Positions 22,347-34,487 of a stretch of 64,000 nt of DNA are shown piece by piece. Made by a program: the position numbers and the translations under genes. A model generated the notes under the pieces. That model made no database searches and was not told the origin of the DNA. It saw only the letters and a program-made list of their open reading frames with translations. This stretch comes from Limnohabitans sp. (GTDB taxonomy: Bacteria > Pseudomonadota > Gammaproteobacteria > Burkholderiales > Burkholderiaceae_C), in assembly GCF_044361645.1 (NCBI RefSeq), contig NZ_JBIKIL010000003.1:2623-66622 (forward strand), given 5' to 3'. Within the stretch, counting starts at the first letter, position 1. The number at the start of each line of letters is the position of its first letter.

Positions 22347-23080
22347 TCGATTGGATGCAACGCAGGGCCTCTCTGACCGTGCTGGCTTGTGTGCTGGCAT
22401 TGCAAGCTTGCGCCACGGTCAAAAGCGCCGATGCGCGTGACCCTTGGGAGTCCATGAACCGCAGCGTGTTCCAGTTCAACGATGCGGTGGACAAGGCGGC
22501 CATCAAACCTGCCGCACAACTTTATGCGGGTGTGTTGCCCAGTTTTGTGCGCACGGGTGTGGGCAACTTCTTGGGCAATTTGGCCGATGTTTGGACCATG
22601 GCCAACAGCGCCCTGCAGTTCAAGGGGCAGGCGACTGTCGAAACTTTCATGCGCATCAATGTGAACACCTTTTTGGGCCTAGGCGGCTTGCTGGATGTGG
22701 CCACCGAAATGCGCCTTGAAAAACGCAAGGAAGATTTCGGTCAAACCCTCGGTCACTGGGGTGTTCAGCCTGGGCCGTATGTGGTGCTGCCCTTGTTGGG
22801 CCCGTCCAGTTTGCGCGACACATTGGCTTTGCCGGTGGACATGCGGGCTGACGCAGCGCGCGAACTCCCTGACCAAGCCGTGCGCAACACCGTGGTGGTG
22901 ACCCGCGTCTTGGACATCCGATCGGGTTTGCTGCAAACCGTGGATGTGGTGATGGCCGCGTCGCTGGACCCTTATTCTTTCGTGCGGGACGCCTATTTGC
23001 AAAAGCGCCGCAATGACATTTACGATGGCAATCCGCCGTCAAATTTTGACTACGACGAAGCCGAGTCCGAAGCCAAGTAA
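22343..23080 (+). CDS. mlaA: VacJ/MlaA lipoprotein
   Basis: Lipobox LQAC, DPWESMNR, EDFGQTLGHWGV, GPYVVLPLLGPS. Confidence 0.95.
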   Translation: MIDWMQRRASLTVLACVLALQACATVKSADARDPWESMNRSVFQFNDAVDKAAIKPAAQLYAGVLPSFVRTGVGNFLGNLADVWTMANSALQFKGQATVETFMRINVNTFLGLGGLLDVATEMRLEKRKEDFGQTLGHWGVQPGPYVVLPLLGPSSLRDTLALPVDMRADAARELPDQAVRNTVVVTRVLDIRSGLLQTVDVVMAASLDPYSFVRDAYLQKRRNDIYDGNPPSNFDYDEAESEAK

Positions 23081-23132
23081 GCCCATTACAGTTGTTCACA
23101 CATTCTTTGGCCATAACCCCTACAGTGAATTG

Positions 23133-23789
23133 ATGATCAAAACCTCTACCCCCTATTTTTGGAGTCGCCGCCATCTGCTTGTGGCGGCATGTGCTGCGGG
23201 CCTCTTGGGGGCTTCGGGCTGGGCCAATGCCGCCGACGAAGCACCAGAGGCATTCATCCAGCGCATCACGAATGAAACGCTCAACACCATCAAGGCAGAC
23301 AAAGCTTTGCGTGGCGGTGATATTCCCAAAATCATGCAGTTGGTGGACACGCAGTTGATGCCGCATGTGAACTTTCGCCGCATGACCGCCTTGGCCACCG
23401 GCCCGGCTTGGCGCAAAGCCACGCCTGAGCAGCAAAAACGCCTGCAAGACGAGTTCAAGATTTTGCTCGTGCGCACCTATTCGGGGGCACTCAGCCAGAT
23501 CAACGACCAGCAAGTGGTGGTCAAGCCCTTGCGGGCGGGCCAAGAAGACAAAAACGTGGTTGTCAACACCGAGTTGCGCGGCAGAGGTGACCCAGTCCAG
23601 TTCGATTACCGCCTTGAAAAAACACCCGGTCAAGGGGCGGGCTGGTTGATTTTTGACATGAATGTGCTGGGCGTGTGGCTGATCGAAAACTACCGCAACC
23701 AGTTCACCAAGGAGATCAACGCCGGGGGCATTGATGCGCTGATCGCCAGTTTGACCGCACGCAACAAGTCCAACGCCAAAGCGTCTTGA
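23133..23789 (+). CDS. mlaC: Periplasmic phospholipid-binding protein MlaC/Ttg2D
   Basis: LALGPAWRKA-like ALATGPAWRKATPEQQ, LLVRTYS, DYRLEK, NYRNQF. Confidence 0.92.
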   Translation: MIKTSTPYFWSRRHLLVAACAAGLLGASGWANAADEAPEAFIQRITNETLNTIKADKALRGGDIPKIMQLVDTQLMPHVNFRRMTALATGPAWRKATPEQQKRLQDEFKILLVRTYSGALSQINDQQVVVKPLRAGQEDKNVVVNTELRGRGDPVQFDYRLEKTPGQGAGWLIFDMNVLGVWLIENYRNQFTKEINAGGIDALIASLTARNKSNAKAS

Positions 23790-23800
23790 GAGCGCTTGAC

Positions 23801-24076
23801 ATGAACCCACTGAAGATGCCTGCAAGCTTGTTGCACGGTCAAGCCGATGGCTGCTTGTCGCAGTGGCTGTCTTTGCTGCCAGCAGCGCTGCCCAAGGCGG
23901 TGTTGCTGGACGCATCTTCGCTGCGCGAATTTGATTCCTCTGCCTTGGCCGTGTTGCTGGGCTTGCGCCGGGTTTTGTCGCAAAAAGGCAGCACTTTGCA
24001 GGTTGAGGGCATGACGCCCCGTTTGCGTGAGTTGGCCAATTTGTACGGGGTCCTTGGACTGTTGGAAGAGGCTTGA
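23801..24076 (+). CDS. mlaB: STAS-domain protein MlaB
   Basis: DASSLREFDSSALAVLL, LANLYGV; operon position. Confidence 0.85.
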   Translation: MNPLKMPASLLHGQADGCLSQWLSLLPAALPKAVLLDASSLREFDSSALAVLLGLRRVLSQKGSTLQVEGMTPRLRELANLYGVLGLLEEA

Positions 24077-24160
24077 ATCGGCGCAACTGAGCCCATTTCT
24101 CACCGATCCCCCTGGTGCTTGCCGGAGTCTGCAGGCCAGCACCTAAAATAAGCCCTCTAA

Positions 24161-25096
24161 ATGTCTGCGCTCTCCTTCCAATCTGTTTCCAAAAGCTACC
24201 TGGCCAAACAGGCGGGAATGGCCACGTGTCATGCACTCGACCAGGTCAGTTTTGACGTACAAGAGGGCGAGTTTTTCGGTCTGCTGGGCCCCAACGGCGC
24301 GGGCAAAACCACCCTGATCAGCAATTTGGCGGGCCTGTGCCGCCCCACCACTGGCCGCGTGCTGGTGCATGGCCACGACGTGCAAACCGATTACGCCGCC
24401 GCGCGCCGCTTGTTGGGCGTGGTGCCGCAAGAGCTGGTGTTTGACCCTTTTTTCACTGTGCGCGAATCGCTGCGCATCCAGTCGGGCTATTTCGGCGTCA
24501 AAAACAACGAGGCTTGGATCGACGAGCTGCTGGACAGCCTGGGGCTGAGCGACAAGGCAGGCGCCAACATGCGCCAACTCTCGGGCGGCATGAAGCGGCG
24601 TGTGCTGGTGGCCCAGGCCTTGGTGCACAAGCCGCGCGTCATCGTGCTCGACGAGCCCACCGCTGGCGTCGATGTCGAACTGCGCCAAACCCTGTGGGCC
24701 TTCATCGTCAAACTCAACAAGCTAGGCCACACTGTTTTGCTCACCACCCATTACCTCGAAGAGGCCGAGGCCCTGTGCGGGCGCATTGCCATGCTCAAGC
24801 GTGGCCAGTTGCTGGCGCTGGAGCGCACCTCCGATTTGCTGCGCTCGGCCACCAGCCAGGTGCTGCGCTTCAAGCTCGACGGCGATTTGCCGCCCGCCTT
24901 GGCGGCCATGGCCCGCGTCACGGGGCGCATCGTGCAGTTGCCGGTGCACAACGCGGTGGAGATCGAAAGCCACCTGGCCGCCATCCGCACCGCCGGTTTG
25001 GTGGCCGAAGGCGTGGAGATTCGCCAGGCCGATCTGGAAGACGTGTTCTTGGAAGTCATGAACCGCAAACAATTGGCCTCTGGAGCGCTGGCATGA
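24161..25096 (+). CDS. ABC-2 transporter ATP-binding protein (YadG-like)
   Basis: GPNGAGKTT, LSGGMKRR, LDEPTAGVD. Confidence 0.92.
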   Translation: MSALSFQSVSKSYLAKQAGMATCHALDQVSFDVQEGEFFGLLGPNGAGKTTLISNLAGLCRPTTGRVLVHGHDVQTDYAAARRLLGVVPQELVFDPFFTVRESLRIQSGYFGVKNNEAWIDELLDSLGLSDKAGANMRQLSGGMKRRVLVAQALVHKPRVIVLDEPTAGVDVELRQTLWAFIVKLNKLGHTVLLTTHYLEEAEALCGRIAMLKRGQLLALERTSDLLRSATSQVLRFKLDGDLPPALAAMARVTGRIVQLPVHNAVEIESHLAAIRTAGLVAEGVEIRQADLEDVFLEVMNRKQLASGALA

Positions 25097-25848
25097 CGGG
25101 CTGGCAAACCCTGCTGTACAAAGAAGTGCTGCGCTTTTGGAAAGTCGGTTTTCAAACCGTGGCCGCACCGGTGCTGACCTCGGTGTTGTACATGCTGATT
25201 TTCGGCCACGTGCTGGAAGACCACGTCAAGGTCTACGACAACGTGGCCTACACCTCGTTTTTGCTGCCGGGCCTGATCATGATGGGCGTGCTGCAAAACG
25301 CGTTTGCCAACAGCTCGTCGAGCTTGGTGCAAAGCAAAATCATGGGCAGTTTGGTGTTTTTGTTGCTCACGCCCCTGTCGCACCGCAGCTGGTTTGTGGC
25401 CTATGTGGGCTCGTCGGTGGTGCGCGGTTTGGCGGTGGGTGTGGGCGTGTTTGTCATCACCGGCTGGATGGTCAACATCACCTTCGTCAACCCGCTGTGG
25501 ATTTTGGCCTTTGCCTTCATGGGGGCTGCCATGATGGGTGCCTTGGGCGTGATCGCCGGGCTGTGGGCCGAAAAGTTTGACCAAATGGCGGCCTTTCAGA
25601 ACTTCATCATCATGCCCATGACGTTTTTATCGGGTGTGTTTTATTCCATCCATTCCTTGCCGCCGTTTTGGCAAAAACTCAGCCACTTGAACCCGTTTTT
25701 CTACATGATTGACGGTTTTCGTTACGGCTTTTTTGGCCAAAGTGATGTCTCGCCTTGGCTCAGCCTGGCGGTGGTGGGCACCGCCCTGGCGGTCATCAGC
25801 GGCCTGACCCTTCAGCTTTTGCGCATCGGCTACAAAATACGGAGCTGA
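25093..25848 (+). CDS. ABC-2 transporter permease (YadH-like)
   Basis: LLYKEVLRFWKV, FLLPGLIMM, PMTFLSGVFYSI, NPFFYMIDGFRYGF. ATGA overlap at 25093-25096. Confidence 0.9.
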   Translation: MTGWQTLLYKEVLRFWKVGFQTVAAPVLTSVLYMLIFGHVLEDHVKVYDNVAYTSFLLPGLIMMGVLQNAFANSSSSLVQSKIMGSLVFLLLTPLSHRSWFVAYVGSSVVRGLAVGVGVFVITGWMVNITFVNPLWILAFAFMGAAMMGALGVIAGLWAEKFDQMAAFQNFIIMPMTFLSGVFYSIHSLPPFWQKLSHLNPFFYMIDGFRYGFFGQSDVSPWLSLAVVGTALAVISGLTLQLLRIGYKIRS

Positions 25849-25858
25849 GAGAAACCTC

Positions 25859-26101
25859 ATGAACGCACAACAACTTCAAAACATGATCGCTGCAGGCCTT
25901 GCCTGCACCCACCTCACGGTCGAGGGCGATGGCCGCCATTGGAGCGCCGTGGTCGTGTCCGAAGCCTTTGCGGGCCTGCGGCCGATTGCACGCCACCAGC
26001 GCGTGTACGCCACACTGGGCCAAAAAATGCACACCGACGAGGTGCACGCTTTGTCGATAAAAACCTACACGCCCGCCGAGTGGGCCGCGCAAGCCCCATG
26101 A
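25859..26101 (+). CDS. BolA/IbaG family protein
   Basis: VEGDGRHW.AVVVS..F.GL..IARHQRVY, VHALSIKTYTP; lies upstream of murA. Confidence 0.92.
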   Translation: MNAQQLQNMIAAGLACTHLTVEGDGRHWSAVVVSEAFAGLRPIARHQRVYATLGQKMHTDEVHALSIKTYTPAEWAAQAP

Positions 26102-26139
26102 TCCGAAGGCCTTCTGGCCGCAACGCACCAAACTGACCC

Positions 26140-27405
26140 ATGGACAAACTGATCATTCGCGGCGGTCGCCGCTTGCAAGGCACGCTGGACGTGTCGGGGG
26201 CCAAAAATGCCGCCTTGCCTGAGCTGTGCGCCGCCTTGCTCAGCGCCGAGCCCGTCACGCTGGCCAATGTGCCGCGCCTGCAAGACGTCTCGACCATGCT
26301 CAAGCTGATCCGCAACATGGGCGTGACGGCTGAGCACCACGAAGACGGCCGCGTCACCCTGGATGCGGGGGCCTTGAACAACCCCGAAGCGCCCTACGAG
26401 CTGGTCAAAACCATGCGCGCCTCGGTGCTGGCGCTGGGCCCCTTGTTGGCGCGCTTTGGCCACGCCAAGGTCTCGCTGCCCGGTGGCTGCGCCATTGGCT
26501 CGCGCCCGGTGGACCAGCACATCAAAGGCTTGCAGGCCATGGGCGCGGTGATCACGGTGGAGCACGGCTACATGCTGGCCAGCTTGCCCGCCGGTCGCAC
26601 ACGGCTGAAGGGCGCGCACATCACCACCGACATGGTCACCGTCACGGGCACCGAAAACCTCATGATGGCCGCCGCCTTGGCCGAGGGCGAGACGGTGCTG
26701 GAAAACGCCGCGCAAGAGCCCGAAATTCCTGACCTGGCCGAGATGCTGATCCAAATGGGTGCAAAGATCGAAGGCCACGGCACACGCCGCATCCGCATTC
26801 AGGGTGTGGAGCGTTTGCACGGCGCGCAGCACCAAGTGGTGGCCGACCGCATCGAGGCGGGCACCTTTTTGTGCGCGGTGGCGGCCACGGGTGGTGACGT
26901 GGTGTTGCGCCATGGCCGTGCCGACCACCTCGAAGTGGTCATCGAAAAACTGCGCGATGCCGGTGCCACCATCGAAGCCGGTGAGGGTTTCATTCGCATC
27001 GCATCCCTTGGTCGCCTGAAGGCGCAGAGTTTTCGCACCACCGAATACCCGGGCTTTCCGACCGACATGCAGGCGCAGTTCATGGCGCTCAACTGCATCT
27101 CGCACGGGGCCAGCAAAGTGACCGAAACCATTTTTGAAAACCGCTTCATGCACGTCAATGAGCTGGTGCGCCTGGGTGCGCACATCCAGATCGACGGCAA
27201 AGTCTCGGTGATCGAGGGTGTCGAAAAACTCTCCGGTGCCACGGTGATGGCCACCGATTTGCGGGCCTCGGCCAGCTTGGTGATTGCCGGCTTAGTGGCC
27301 GAGGGTGAAACCACCATCGAGCGCATTTACCACCTGGACCGGGGCTACGACCGCATGGAACTCAAACTGCGCGGCCTGGGGGCCGACATCGAACGCGTGA
27401 AGTGA
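26140..27405 (+). CDS. murA: UDP-N-acetylglucosamine 1-carboxyvinyltransferase
   Basis: [47 protein letters not shown]. Confidence 0.98.
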   Translation: MDKLIIRGGRRLQGTLDVSGAKNAALPELCAALLSAEPVTLANVPRLQDVSTMLKLIRNMGVTAEHHEDGRVTLDAGALNNPEAPYELVKTMRASVLALGPLLARFGHAKVSLPGGCAIGSRPVDQHIKGLQAMGAVITVEHGYMLASLPAGRTRLKGAHITTDMVTVTGTENLMMAAALAEGETVLENAAQEPEIPDLAEMLIQMGAKIEGHGTRRIRIQGVERLHGAQHQVVADRIEAGTFLCAVAATGGDVVLRHGRADHLEVVIEKLRDAGATIEAGEGFIRIASLGRLKAQSFRTTEYPGFPTDMQAQFMALNCISHGASKVTETIFENRFMHVNELVRLGAHIQIDGKVSVIEGVEKLSGATVMATDLRASASLVIAGLVAEGETTIERIYHLDRGYDRMELKLRGLGADIERVK

Positions 27406-27411
27406 AATGAC

Positions 27412-28053
27412 ATGATCACACTGGCCCTGTCCAAAGGACGCATTTTTGACGAAACCCTGCCCCTGCTCAGTGCTGCGGGCATCGAGGTGCTGGAAGACCC
27501 CGAAAAATCGCGCAAGCTGATCTTGCCCACCAACCAACCCCATGTGCGCGTGGTGCTGGTGCGCGCCAGCGACGTGCCCACCTATGTGGAGTACGGCGGC
27601 GCAGACTTGGGCGTGACGGGCCTGGACACCTTGATCGAGCATGGCGGCCAAGGCCTGTACCAGCCGCTGGACCTGAACATCGCCAAATGCCGCATGAGCG
27701 TGGCGGTGCGCGCCGACTTTGATTACGCCCGCGCGGTGCGCTCGGGCTCGCGCTTGAAAGTGGCCACCAAATTCACAGCGATTGCGCGTGACTTCTTTGC
27801 CACCAAGGGCGTGCACGTGGACCTGATCAAACTCTACGGCAGCATGGAGTTGGCCCCGCTCACAGGTTTGGCCGATGCGATTGTGGATTTGGTCTCGACC
27901 GGCAACACCCTCAAGGCCAACCACCTGGTTGAAGTCGAACGCATCATGGACATCAGCTCGCGCTTGGTGGTGAACCAAGCCGCCCTCAAACTCAAACAAG
28001 CACCGATTCGCGCCATCATCGACGCCTTTGCCGGTGCGGTGAAGAAAGGCTGA
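27412..28053 (+). CDS. hisG: ATP phosphoribosyltransferase (short form)
   Basis: [38 protein letters not shown]. Confidence 0.96.
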   Translation: MITLALSKGRIFDETLPLLSAAGIEVLEDPEKSRKLILPTNQPHVRVVLVRASDVPTYVEYGGADLGVTGLDTLIEHGGQGLYQPLDLNIAKCRMSVAVRADFDYARAVRSGSRLKVATKFTAIARDFFATKGVHVDLIKLYGSMELAPLTGLADAIVDLVSTGNTLKANHLVEVERIMDISSRLVVNQAALKLKQAPIRAIIDAFAGAVKKG

Positions 28054-28058
28054 ACAAC

Positions 28059-29411
28059 ATGGACTCGTTGGGCCTGCAAGCCAAACCCTTGCAACTGAAC
28101 ACGGCAGACGCCGGTTTTGAAGCGGCCTTTGCGGCCCGTCTGCATTGGTCAGCCGACACCGACGCCGCCATCGAGCAGCGGGTGGCCGACATCCTGGCCG
28201 ATGTGCAGCAGCGTGGCGACGCGGCGGTGCTGGAGTACACCCAGCGTTTTGACGGCCTGCAAGCGTTGGATGTGAAGGCGCTGGAGATCACCCAAGCCGA
28301 ACTGAAAGCGGCATTGGGCGGCCTGCCCGCCGTGCAGCGCGAAGCCTTGCAAGCCGCAGCAAGCCGTGTGCGCCAATACCACGAAGCGCAAAAGAAAGCC
28401 TCAGGCGAAAGTTGGAGCTACCGCGACGAAGACGGCACGCTGCTCGGCCAAAAAGTCACGCCGCTGGACCGCGTGGGCATTTACGTGCCCGGCGGCAAAG
28501 CCGCTTACCCCTCGTCGGTGTTGATGAACGCGATTCCCGCTCACGTGGCCGGTGTGCAAGAGATCATCATGGTGGTGCCCACGCCGAATGGCGTGCGCAA
28601 CCCGCTGGTGCTGGCCGCTGCCTGTGTGGCGGGCGTGAGCCGCGCCTTCACGGTGGGCGGCGCGCAAGCTGTGGCGGCGCTGGCCTATGGCACGGCCACC
28701 ATCCCCAAAGTGGACAAGATCACCGGCCCGGGCAACGCCTATGTGGCCAGCGCCAAAAAGCGCGTGTTTGGCACCGTGGGCATCGACATGATCGCAGGCC
28801 CCAGCGAAATTTTGGTCTTGGCCGACGGCACCACCCCGGCCGACTGGGTGGCGATGGACCTTTTTTCACAGGCCGAGCACGACGAACTGGCGCAAAGCAT
28901 TTTGCTGTGCCCCGATGCCGATTACATCGCCCAAGTGCAAGCCGCCATTGATCGCCTGCTGCCCTCCATGCCGAGGCGCGAAATCATCGCCAAGTCGCTC
29001 AACGACAGGGGCGCTTTGATCTTGACGCGCAGCATGGAAGAGGCCTGCGCCATCAGCAACCGCATCGCGCCCGAGCACCTGGAGGTGTCAAGCCGTGAGC
29101 CGCACCGCTGGGAGCCGCTGCTGCGCCACGCGGGGGCCATCTTTTTGGGCGCGTTCACCAGTGAGTCGTTGGGTGACTACTGCGCAGGCCCCAACCACGT
29201 CTTGCCCACCAGCGGCACGGCGCGTTTCTCGTCGCCGCTGGGCGTGTACGACTTTCAAAAACGCAGCAGCTTGATTGAGGTCAGCCAAGTCGGTGCCCAG
29301 ACGCTCGGCCGCATTGCCGCCGAGCTGGCCTACGGCGAAGGCCTGCAAGCCCACGCCCGCGCCGCCGAACTCCGTTTGAACCCTGTGCCCCCGATGCGAG
29401 ACCCGAAATGA
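28059..29411 (+). CDS. hisD: Histidinol dehydrogenase
   Basis: [49 protein letters not shown]. Confidence 0.97.
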   Translation: MDSLGLQAKPLQLNTADAGFEAAFAARLHWSADTDAAIEQRVADILADVQQRGDAAVLEYTQRFDGLQALDVKALEITQAELKAALGGLPAVQREALQAAASRVRQYHEAQKKASGESWSYRDEDGTLLGQKVTPLDRVGIYVPGGKAAYPSSVLMNAIPAHVAGVQEIIMVVPTPNGVRNPLVLAAACVAGVSRAFTVGGAQAVAALAYGTATIPKVDKITGPGNAYVASAKKRVFGTVGIDMIAGPSEILVLADGTTPADWVAMDLFSQAEHDELAQSILLCPDADYIAQVQAAIDRLLPSMPRREIIAKSLNDRGALILTRSMEEACAISNRIAPEHLEVSSREPHRWEPLLRHAGAIFLGAFTSESLGDYCAGPNHVLPTSGTARFSSPLGVYDFQKRSSLIEVSQVGAQTLGRIAAELAYGEGLQAHARAAELRLNPVPPMRDPK

Positions 29412-30493
29412 GCACTGTCAGCCCCCAACTCATGCAACGCATCCGCCAAGACGTGCAGTCCATGCACGCCTATGCCATCCAGGATTCGGCGGGCATGGTC
29501 AAGCTCGACGCGATGGAGAACCCGCACAGACTGCCGGCTGATTTGCAAAAGGCTTTGGGCGAGCGCCTGGGCGCCTTGGCGCTCAACCGCTACCCCGGCG
29601 AACGGGTCAACGAGCTGCGCCACGCCCTGGCCAGCTATGCAGGCATGCCCGAAGGCTTTGACATCATGCTGGGCAACGGCTCAGACGAGTTGATCTCTTT
29701 GCTGGCCATGGCGTGCGATGTGCCCGGGGCCAGTATCCTGTCGCCTTTGCCGGGCTTTGTCATGTACGCCATGAGCGCCCAGCTGCAAGGCCTGGCCTTT
29801 CATGGTGTGCCGCTCACGGCCGACTTTGAGCTGGACGAAGCCGCCATGCTGGCCGCCATTAATCAGCACAAGCCGGCCATCGTCTACTTGGCTTACCCCA
29901 ACAACCCCACCGGCAACCTGTGGAACGACGACACGATCGAGAAGATCGTGTTGGCCCAGGGCGCGCAAGGCGGCTTGGTGGTGATGGACGAGGCCTACCA
30001 GCCCTTTGCCAGCCGCAGCTACGCAGGCCGCATCACGCGCCACTCGCATGTCTTGCTCATGCGCACGCTGTCCAAGTTTGGTTTGGCCGGTGTGCGTCTG
30101 GGCTACATGATTGGCCCCAAGGCCTTGGTGGCTGAGATCGACAAAGTGCGCCCGCCTTACAACATCAGTGTGCTCAATGCCGAGTGCGCCTTGTTTGCGC
30201 TGGCGCATGCCCAGGTGTTTGCTGCGCAGGCCCAAGACCTGCGCGAGCAGCGTACCCGTTTGCTGAGTGAGCTGGCTGCCTTGCCCGGCGTGCGCCCATT
30301 CCCCAGCGAAGCCAACATGATCCTGGCCCGCGTGCCCGATGCGGCCAAAACTTTTGACGGCCTGAAGGCCCACGGTGTGCTGATCAAGAACATTTCTAAA
30401 ATGCACCCATTGCTGGCCAACTGCCTGCGCCTGACGGTGGGCACCGCCGCAGAAAACGACCAACTCCTTGCCGCCTTGAAAGTCTCTCTATGA
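29408..30493 (+). CDS. hisC: Histidinol-phosphate aminotransferase
   Basis: [31 protein letters not shown]. Confidence 0.95.
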   Translation: MSTVSPQLMQRIRQDVQSMHAYAIQDSAGMVKLDAMENPHRLPADLQKALGERLGALALNRYPGERVNELRHALASYAGMPEGFDIMLGNGSDELISLLAMACDVPGASILSPLPGFVMYAMSAQLQGLAFHGVPLTADFELDEAAMLAAINQHKPAIVYLAYPNNPTGNLWNDDTIEKIVLAQGAQGGLVVMDEAYQPFASRSYAGRITRHSHVLLMRTLSKFGLAGVRLGYMIGPKALVAEIDKVRPPYNISVLNAECALFALAHAQVFAAQAQDLREQRTRLLSELAALPGVRPFPSEANMILARVPDAAKTFDGLKAHGVLIKNISKMHPLLANCLRLTVGTAAENDQLLAALKVSL

Positions 30494-31092
30494 ACCGCAC
30501 CGCTGACCGTACAGCCAATGTGACCCGCAAGACGGCTGAGACGAACATCCGCGTGGCCATCAACCTGGACGGCACAGGTCAGGCCAAGCTGGCCAGCGGC
30601 ATTGGTTTTCTGGACCACATGCTCGACCAAATCGCCCGCCATGGTTTGATTGACCTGGACATCGCCTGCGAAGGCGACCTGCACATCGACGGCCACCACA
30701 CGGTCGAAGACATTGGCATCACCCTGGGCCAAGCCTTTGCGCAGGCCATGGGCGACAAAAAAGGCATTCGCCGTTATGGCCATGCTTATGTGCCGCTGGA
30801 CGAAGCCTTGAGCCGCGTGGTGGTGGACTTTTCGGGCCGCCCCGGTTTGCACATGGATGTGAAATTCACCTCGGGCTCCTTGGGCGCGCTCGACACGCAG
30901 TTGATTTACGAGTTCTTCCAAGGCTTTGTGAACCATGCCCTGTGCACCTTGCACATCGACAACCTCAAGGGCCACAACGCCCACCACCAGTGCGAAACCA
31001 TCTTCAAGGCCTTTGCCCGCGCCGTGCGTGCGGCGCTCGAACTTGATCCCCGCTCGGCGGGTGTCATCCCCTCTACGAAGGGTTCACTCTGA
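30490..31092 (+). CDS. hisB: Imidazoleglycerol-phosphate dehydratase
   Basis: [32 protein letters not shown]. Confidence 0.97.
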   Translation: MNRTADRTANVTRKTAETNIRVAINLDGTGQAKLASGIGFLDHMLDQIARHGLIDLDIACEGDLHIDGHHTVEDIGITLGQAFAQAMGDKKGIRRYGHAYVPLDEALSRVVVDFSGRPGLHMDVKFTSGSLGALDTQLIYEFFQGFVNHALCTLHIDNLKGHNAHHQCETIFKAFARAVRAALELDPRSAGVIPSTKGSL

Positions 31093-31093
31093 C

Positions 31094-31750
31094 ATGAGCG
31101 TCAACCGCGTTGCTGTGGTGGATTACGGCATGGGCAACCTGCGCAGCGTGGCGCAGGCCGTCATCCATGCGGCTTCCAGCGTGGACCATGCCGAAGTGAC
31201 CGTGACCTCAGACCCGCAAGTGGTGCGCAACGCGCACCGCGTGGTCTTGCCGGGGCAGGGCGCCATGCCCGACTGCATGCGCGAGCTGCGCGACTCGGGC
31301 CTGCTCGATGCCGTGCTCGAAGCCGCCGCAGCCAAGCCCCTGTTTGGCGTGTGTGTGGGCATGCAAATGCTGCTGGACCACAGCGCCGAGGGCGACACGC
31401 CCGGCCTGGGCCTGATTCCCGGCCGCGTGGTCAAGTTTGAGCTGGCGGGGCAAACGCAGCCCGATGGCACCCGCTACAAAGTCCCGCAAATGGGCTGGAA
31501 CCAGGTCTGGCAAGCCGCCAAGCCGCACGCTTTGTGGCATGGCATCGCAGACGGCAACTGGTACTATTTTGTGCACAGCTTTTATGCCCGCGTGGCCCAG
31601 GCTGAGCACAGCGCGGCCGAAACCGATTACGGTGGCCGCTTTGCCTGTGCCATCGCCCGTGACAATATTTTTGCCACCCAGTTTCACCCCGAAAAAAGCG
31701 CGGACCAAGGCTTGGCCTTGTTTCGCAATTTCCTCCACTGGCAGCCTTGA
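31094..31750 (+). CDS. hisH: Imidazole glycerol phosphate synthase glutaminase subunit
   Basis: [30 protein letters not shown]. Confidence 0.96.
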   Translation: MSVNRVAVVDYGMGNLRSVAQAVIHAASSVDHAEVTVTSDPQVVRNAHRVVLPGQGAMPDCMRELRDSGLLDAVLEAAAAKPLFGVCVGMQMLLDHSAEGDTPGLGLIPGRVVKFELAGQTQPDGTRYKVPQMGWNQVWQAAKPHALWHGIADGNWYYFVHSFYARVAQAEHSAAETDYGGRFACAIARDNIFATQFHPEKSADQGLALFRNFLHWQP

Positions 31751-31797
31751 GAAGTTTTCACTGCCGCTTCTTTCTCTCCACTGCTTTTGAGCCCGCC

Positions 31798-32538
31798 ATG
31801 ATTCTGATCCCCGCCATTGACCTCAAAGACGGCCACTGCGTTCGCCTCAAACAGGGCGATATGGACCAAGCCACGACCTTTGGTGAAGACCCCGCCGCCA
31901 TGGCCCGCACCTGGCTCGAAAAAGGCGCACGCCGCCTGCACCTGGTGGATTTGAACGGCGCGTTCGCGGGCAAGCCGCAAAACTTCTCGGCCATCAAGTC
32001 CATCTTGAAAGCCGTGGGCGACGACATCCCGGTGCAGCTGGGCGGCGGCATCCGCGACCTGGACACGATTGAAAAATACATCGACAGCGGCCTGCGCTAC
32101 GTCATCATCGGCACCGCCGCCGTCAAGAACCCTGGCTTTTTGAAAGACGCCTGCACCGCCTTTGGCGGCCACATCATCGTCGGGCTGGACGCCAAAGACG
32201 GCAAAGTCGCCACCGACGGCTGGAGCAAACTCACCGGCCACGAAGTGGTGGACTTGGCCAAGAAGTTTGAAGACTGGGGCGTCGAATCCATCATTTACAC
32301 CGACATTGGCCGCGACGGGATGCTCAGCGGCATCAACATCGACGCCACCGTCAAGCTGGCCCAAGCCTTGACGATCCCCGTCATTGCCTCGGGCGGCCTG
32401 TCCAACATGGCCGACATCGAGCAACTGTGCGCAGTGGAGGATGAAGGGGTCGAAGGCGTGATCTGTGGCCGTGCGGTGTATTCGGGCGACCTGGACTTCG
32501 CGCTGGCGCAGCAACGCGCCGACGAACTCAACGGTTGA
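31798..32538 (+). CDS. hisA: Phosphoribosylformimino-5-aminoimidazole carboxamide ribotide isomerase
   Basis: [40 protein letters not shown]. Confidence 0.97.
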   Translation: MILIPAIDLKDGHCVRLKQGDMDQATTFGEDPAAMARTWLEKGARRLHLVDLNGAFAGKPQNFSAIKSILKAVGDDIPVQLGGGIRDLDTIEKYIDSGLRYVIIGTAAVKNPGFLKDACTAFGGHIIVGLDAKDGKVATDGWSKLTGHEVVDLAKKFEDWGVESIIYTDIGRDGMLSGINIDATVKLAQALTIPVIASGGLSNMADIEQLCAVEDEGVEGVICGRAVYSGDLDFALAQQRADELNG

Positions 32539-32561
32539 CACGATCTCCATCCCCATTCCAC

Positions 32562-33416
32562 ATGAGCCTTCAGGCCACTTGTCGCGACACCGAGTTCGCA
32601 GGCCTGCCCGCTTGTGAACTGCGTTTGCCGCAAGGCGACCGCCTGTTGGTCGCCCTGCACGGCGCGCATGTGCTGTCTTGGGTGTCGGGCGGCCAAGAGC
32701 GCCTGTACCTCAGCCCCCAAAGCGTCATGGACGGCCAAACCGCTATCCGGGGCGGCGTGCCGGTGTGCTTTCCGCAGTTCAACCAACGCGGCCCGATGGC
32801 CGATCGCCTGCCCAAACACGGCTTTGCCCGCAACCTGGCTTGGCAGGCCGATGCGCCTGTGCTGTCGGCCGACAGTGCCCAGCTATGTTTGCATCTGCAA
32901 GACAACGCCCGCACCCGCAAATGGTGGCCGCAGGCCTTTGCACTGCAACTGCACATCACCCTGCGCCCCGGCACCCTGCGCATCAGCCTGAACGTGCACA
33001 ACACCGACACTCAGCCGCTGGCGTTTTCGGGGGCGCTGCACACCTATTTGGCCGTGCCCGACGTGACGCAGGCCACGCTGCAAGGCCTGGGCGGTCAACC
33101 CGAGTGGGATTCAATCACCGACACCCACGCGCAAGCCGACGACACACTGCGCTTTGCCGCCGAATTTGACCGTGTGTACGAAGCCGGGCCACAGCCCATG
33201 ACGCTCAACCAGACCCTGCACATCAGCCAAAGCCCCAGTTGGGCCCACACCGTGGTTTGGAACCCCGCGCAAGACCTGTGCAAGCGCTTGGCCGACATGC
33301 CCGAGGGTGGCTGGCGACACATGCTGTGCGTCGAAGCGGCGCAAGTGTACGATCCCATCACCTTGCCTGCGGGCGGACGATGGGAAGGCTGGCAGCGCTT
33401 GGCTTTGTGTGCATGA
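32562..33416 (+). CDS. D-hexose-6-phosphate mutarotase (aldose 1-epimerase family, YeaD-like)
   Basis: GAHVLSW, AIRGGVPVCFPQF, HGFARN, ALHTY, FDRVY, VVWNP, MLCVEAA. Confidence 0.88.
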   Translation: MSLQATCRDTEFAGLPACELRLPQGDRLLVALHGAHVLSWVSGGQERLYLSPQSVMDGQTAIRGGVPVCFPQFNQRGPMADRLPKHGFARNLAWQADAPVLSADSAQLCLHLQDNARTRKWWPQAFALQLHITLRPGTLRISLNVHNTDTQPLAFSGALHTYLAVPDVTQATLQGLGGQPEWDSITDTHAQADDTLRFAAEFDRVYEAGPQPMTLNQTLHISQSPSWAHTVVWNPAQDLCKRLADMPEGGWRHMLCVEAAQVYDPITLPAGGRWEGWQRLALCA

Positions 33417-33444
33417 TGCAAGCAACTTTGGATTGGGTAAAAAA

Positions 33445-33666
33445 ATGAGTCAGATCATGTCGATTGAACAAGCGCGCAGCAGCAGTTTAAGAGGATCGGT
33501 GGCTGCCATGGCCAGAGCGGCCAATCAAGCCCGGCGAACGGCTGCGCAAACCCAAACCGCTTTGGTGGTCGAGCGCAATGGCGTTCTGGAGCATCTGTAC
33601 ATCACGGCCACACAAAGCGACATCAAGCCCAATACCGTCTCCATCGCACCACAAGAGGGTCACTGA
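33445..33666 (+). CDS. Small hypothetical protein (73 aa)
   Basis: Open frame between the mutarotase and hisF; helical pattern LRGSVAAMARAANQARRTAAQTQTALVVERNG. Confidence 0.55.
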   Translation: MSQIMSIEQARSSSLRGSVAAMARAANQARRTAAQTQTALVVERNGVLEHLYITATQSDIKPNTVSIAPQEGH

Positions 33667-33669
33667 AAC

Positions 33670-34470
<801 letters not shown>

Positions 34471-34487
34471 CGAGTTGACGAATCGGC

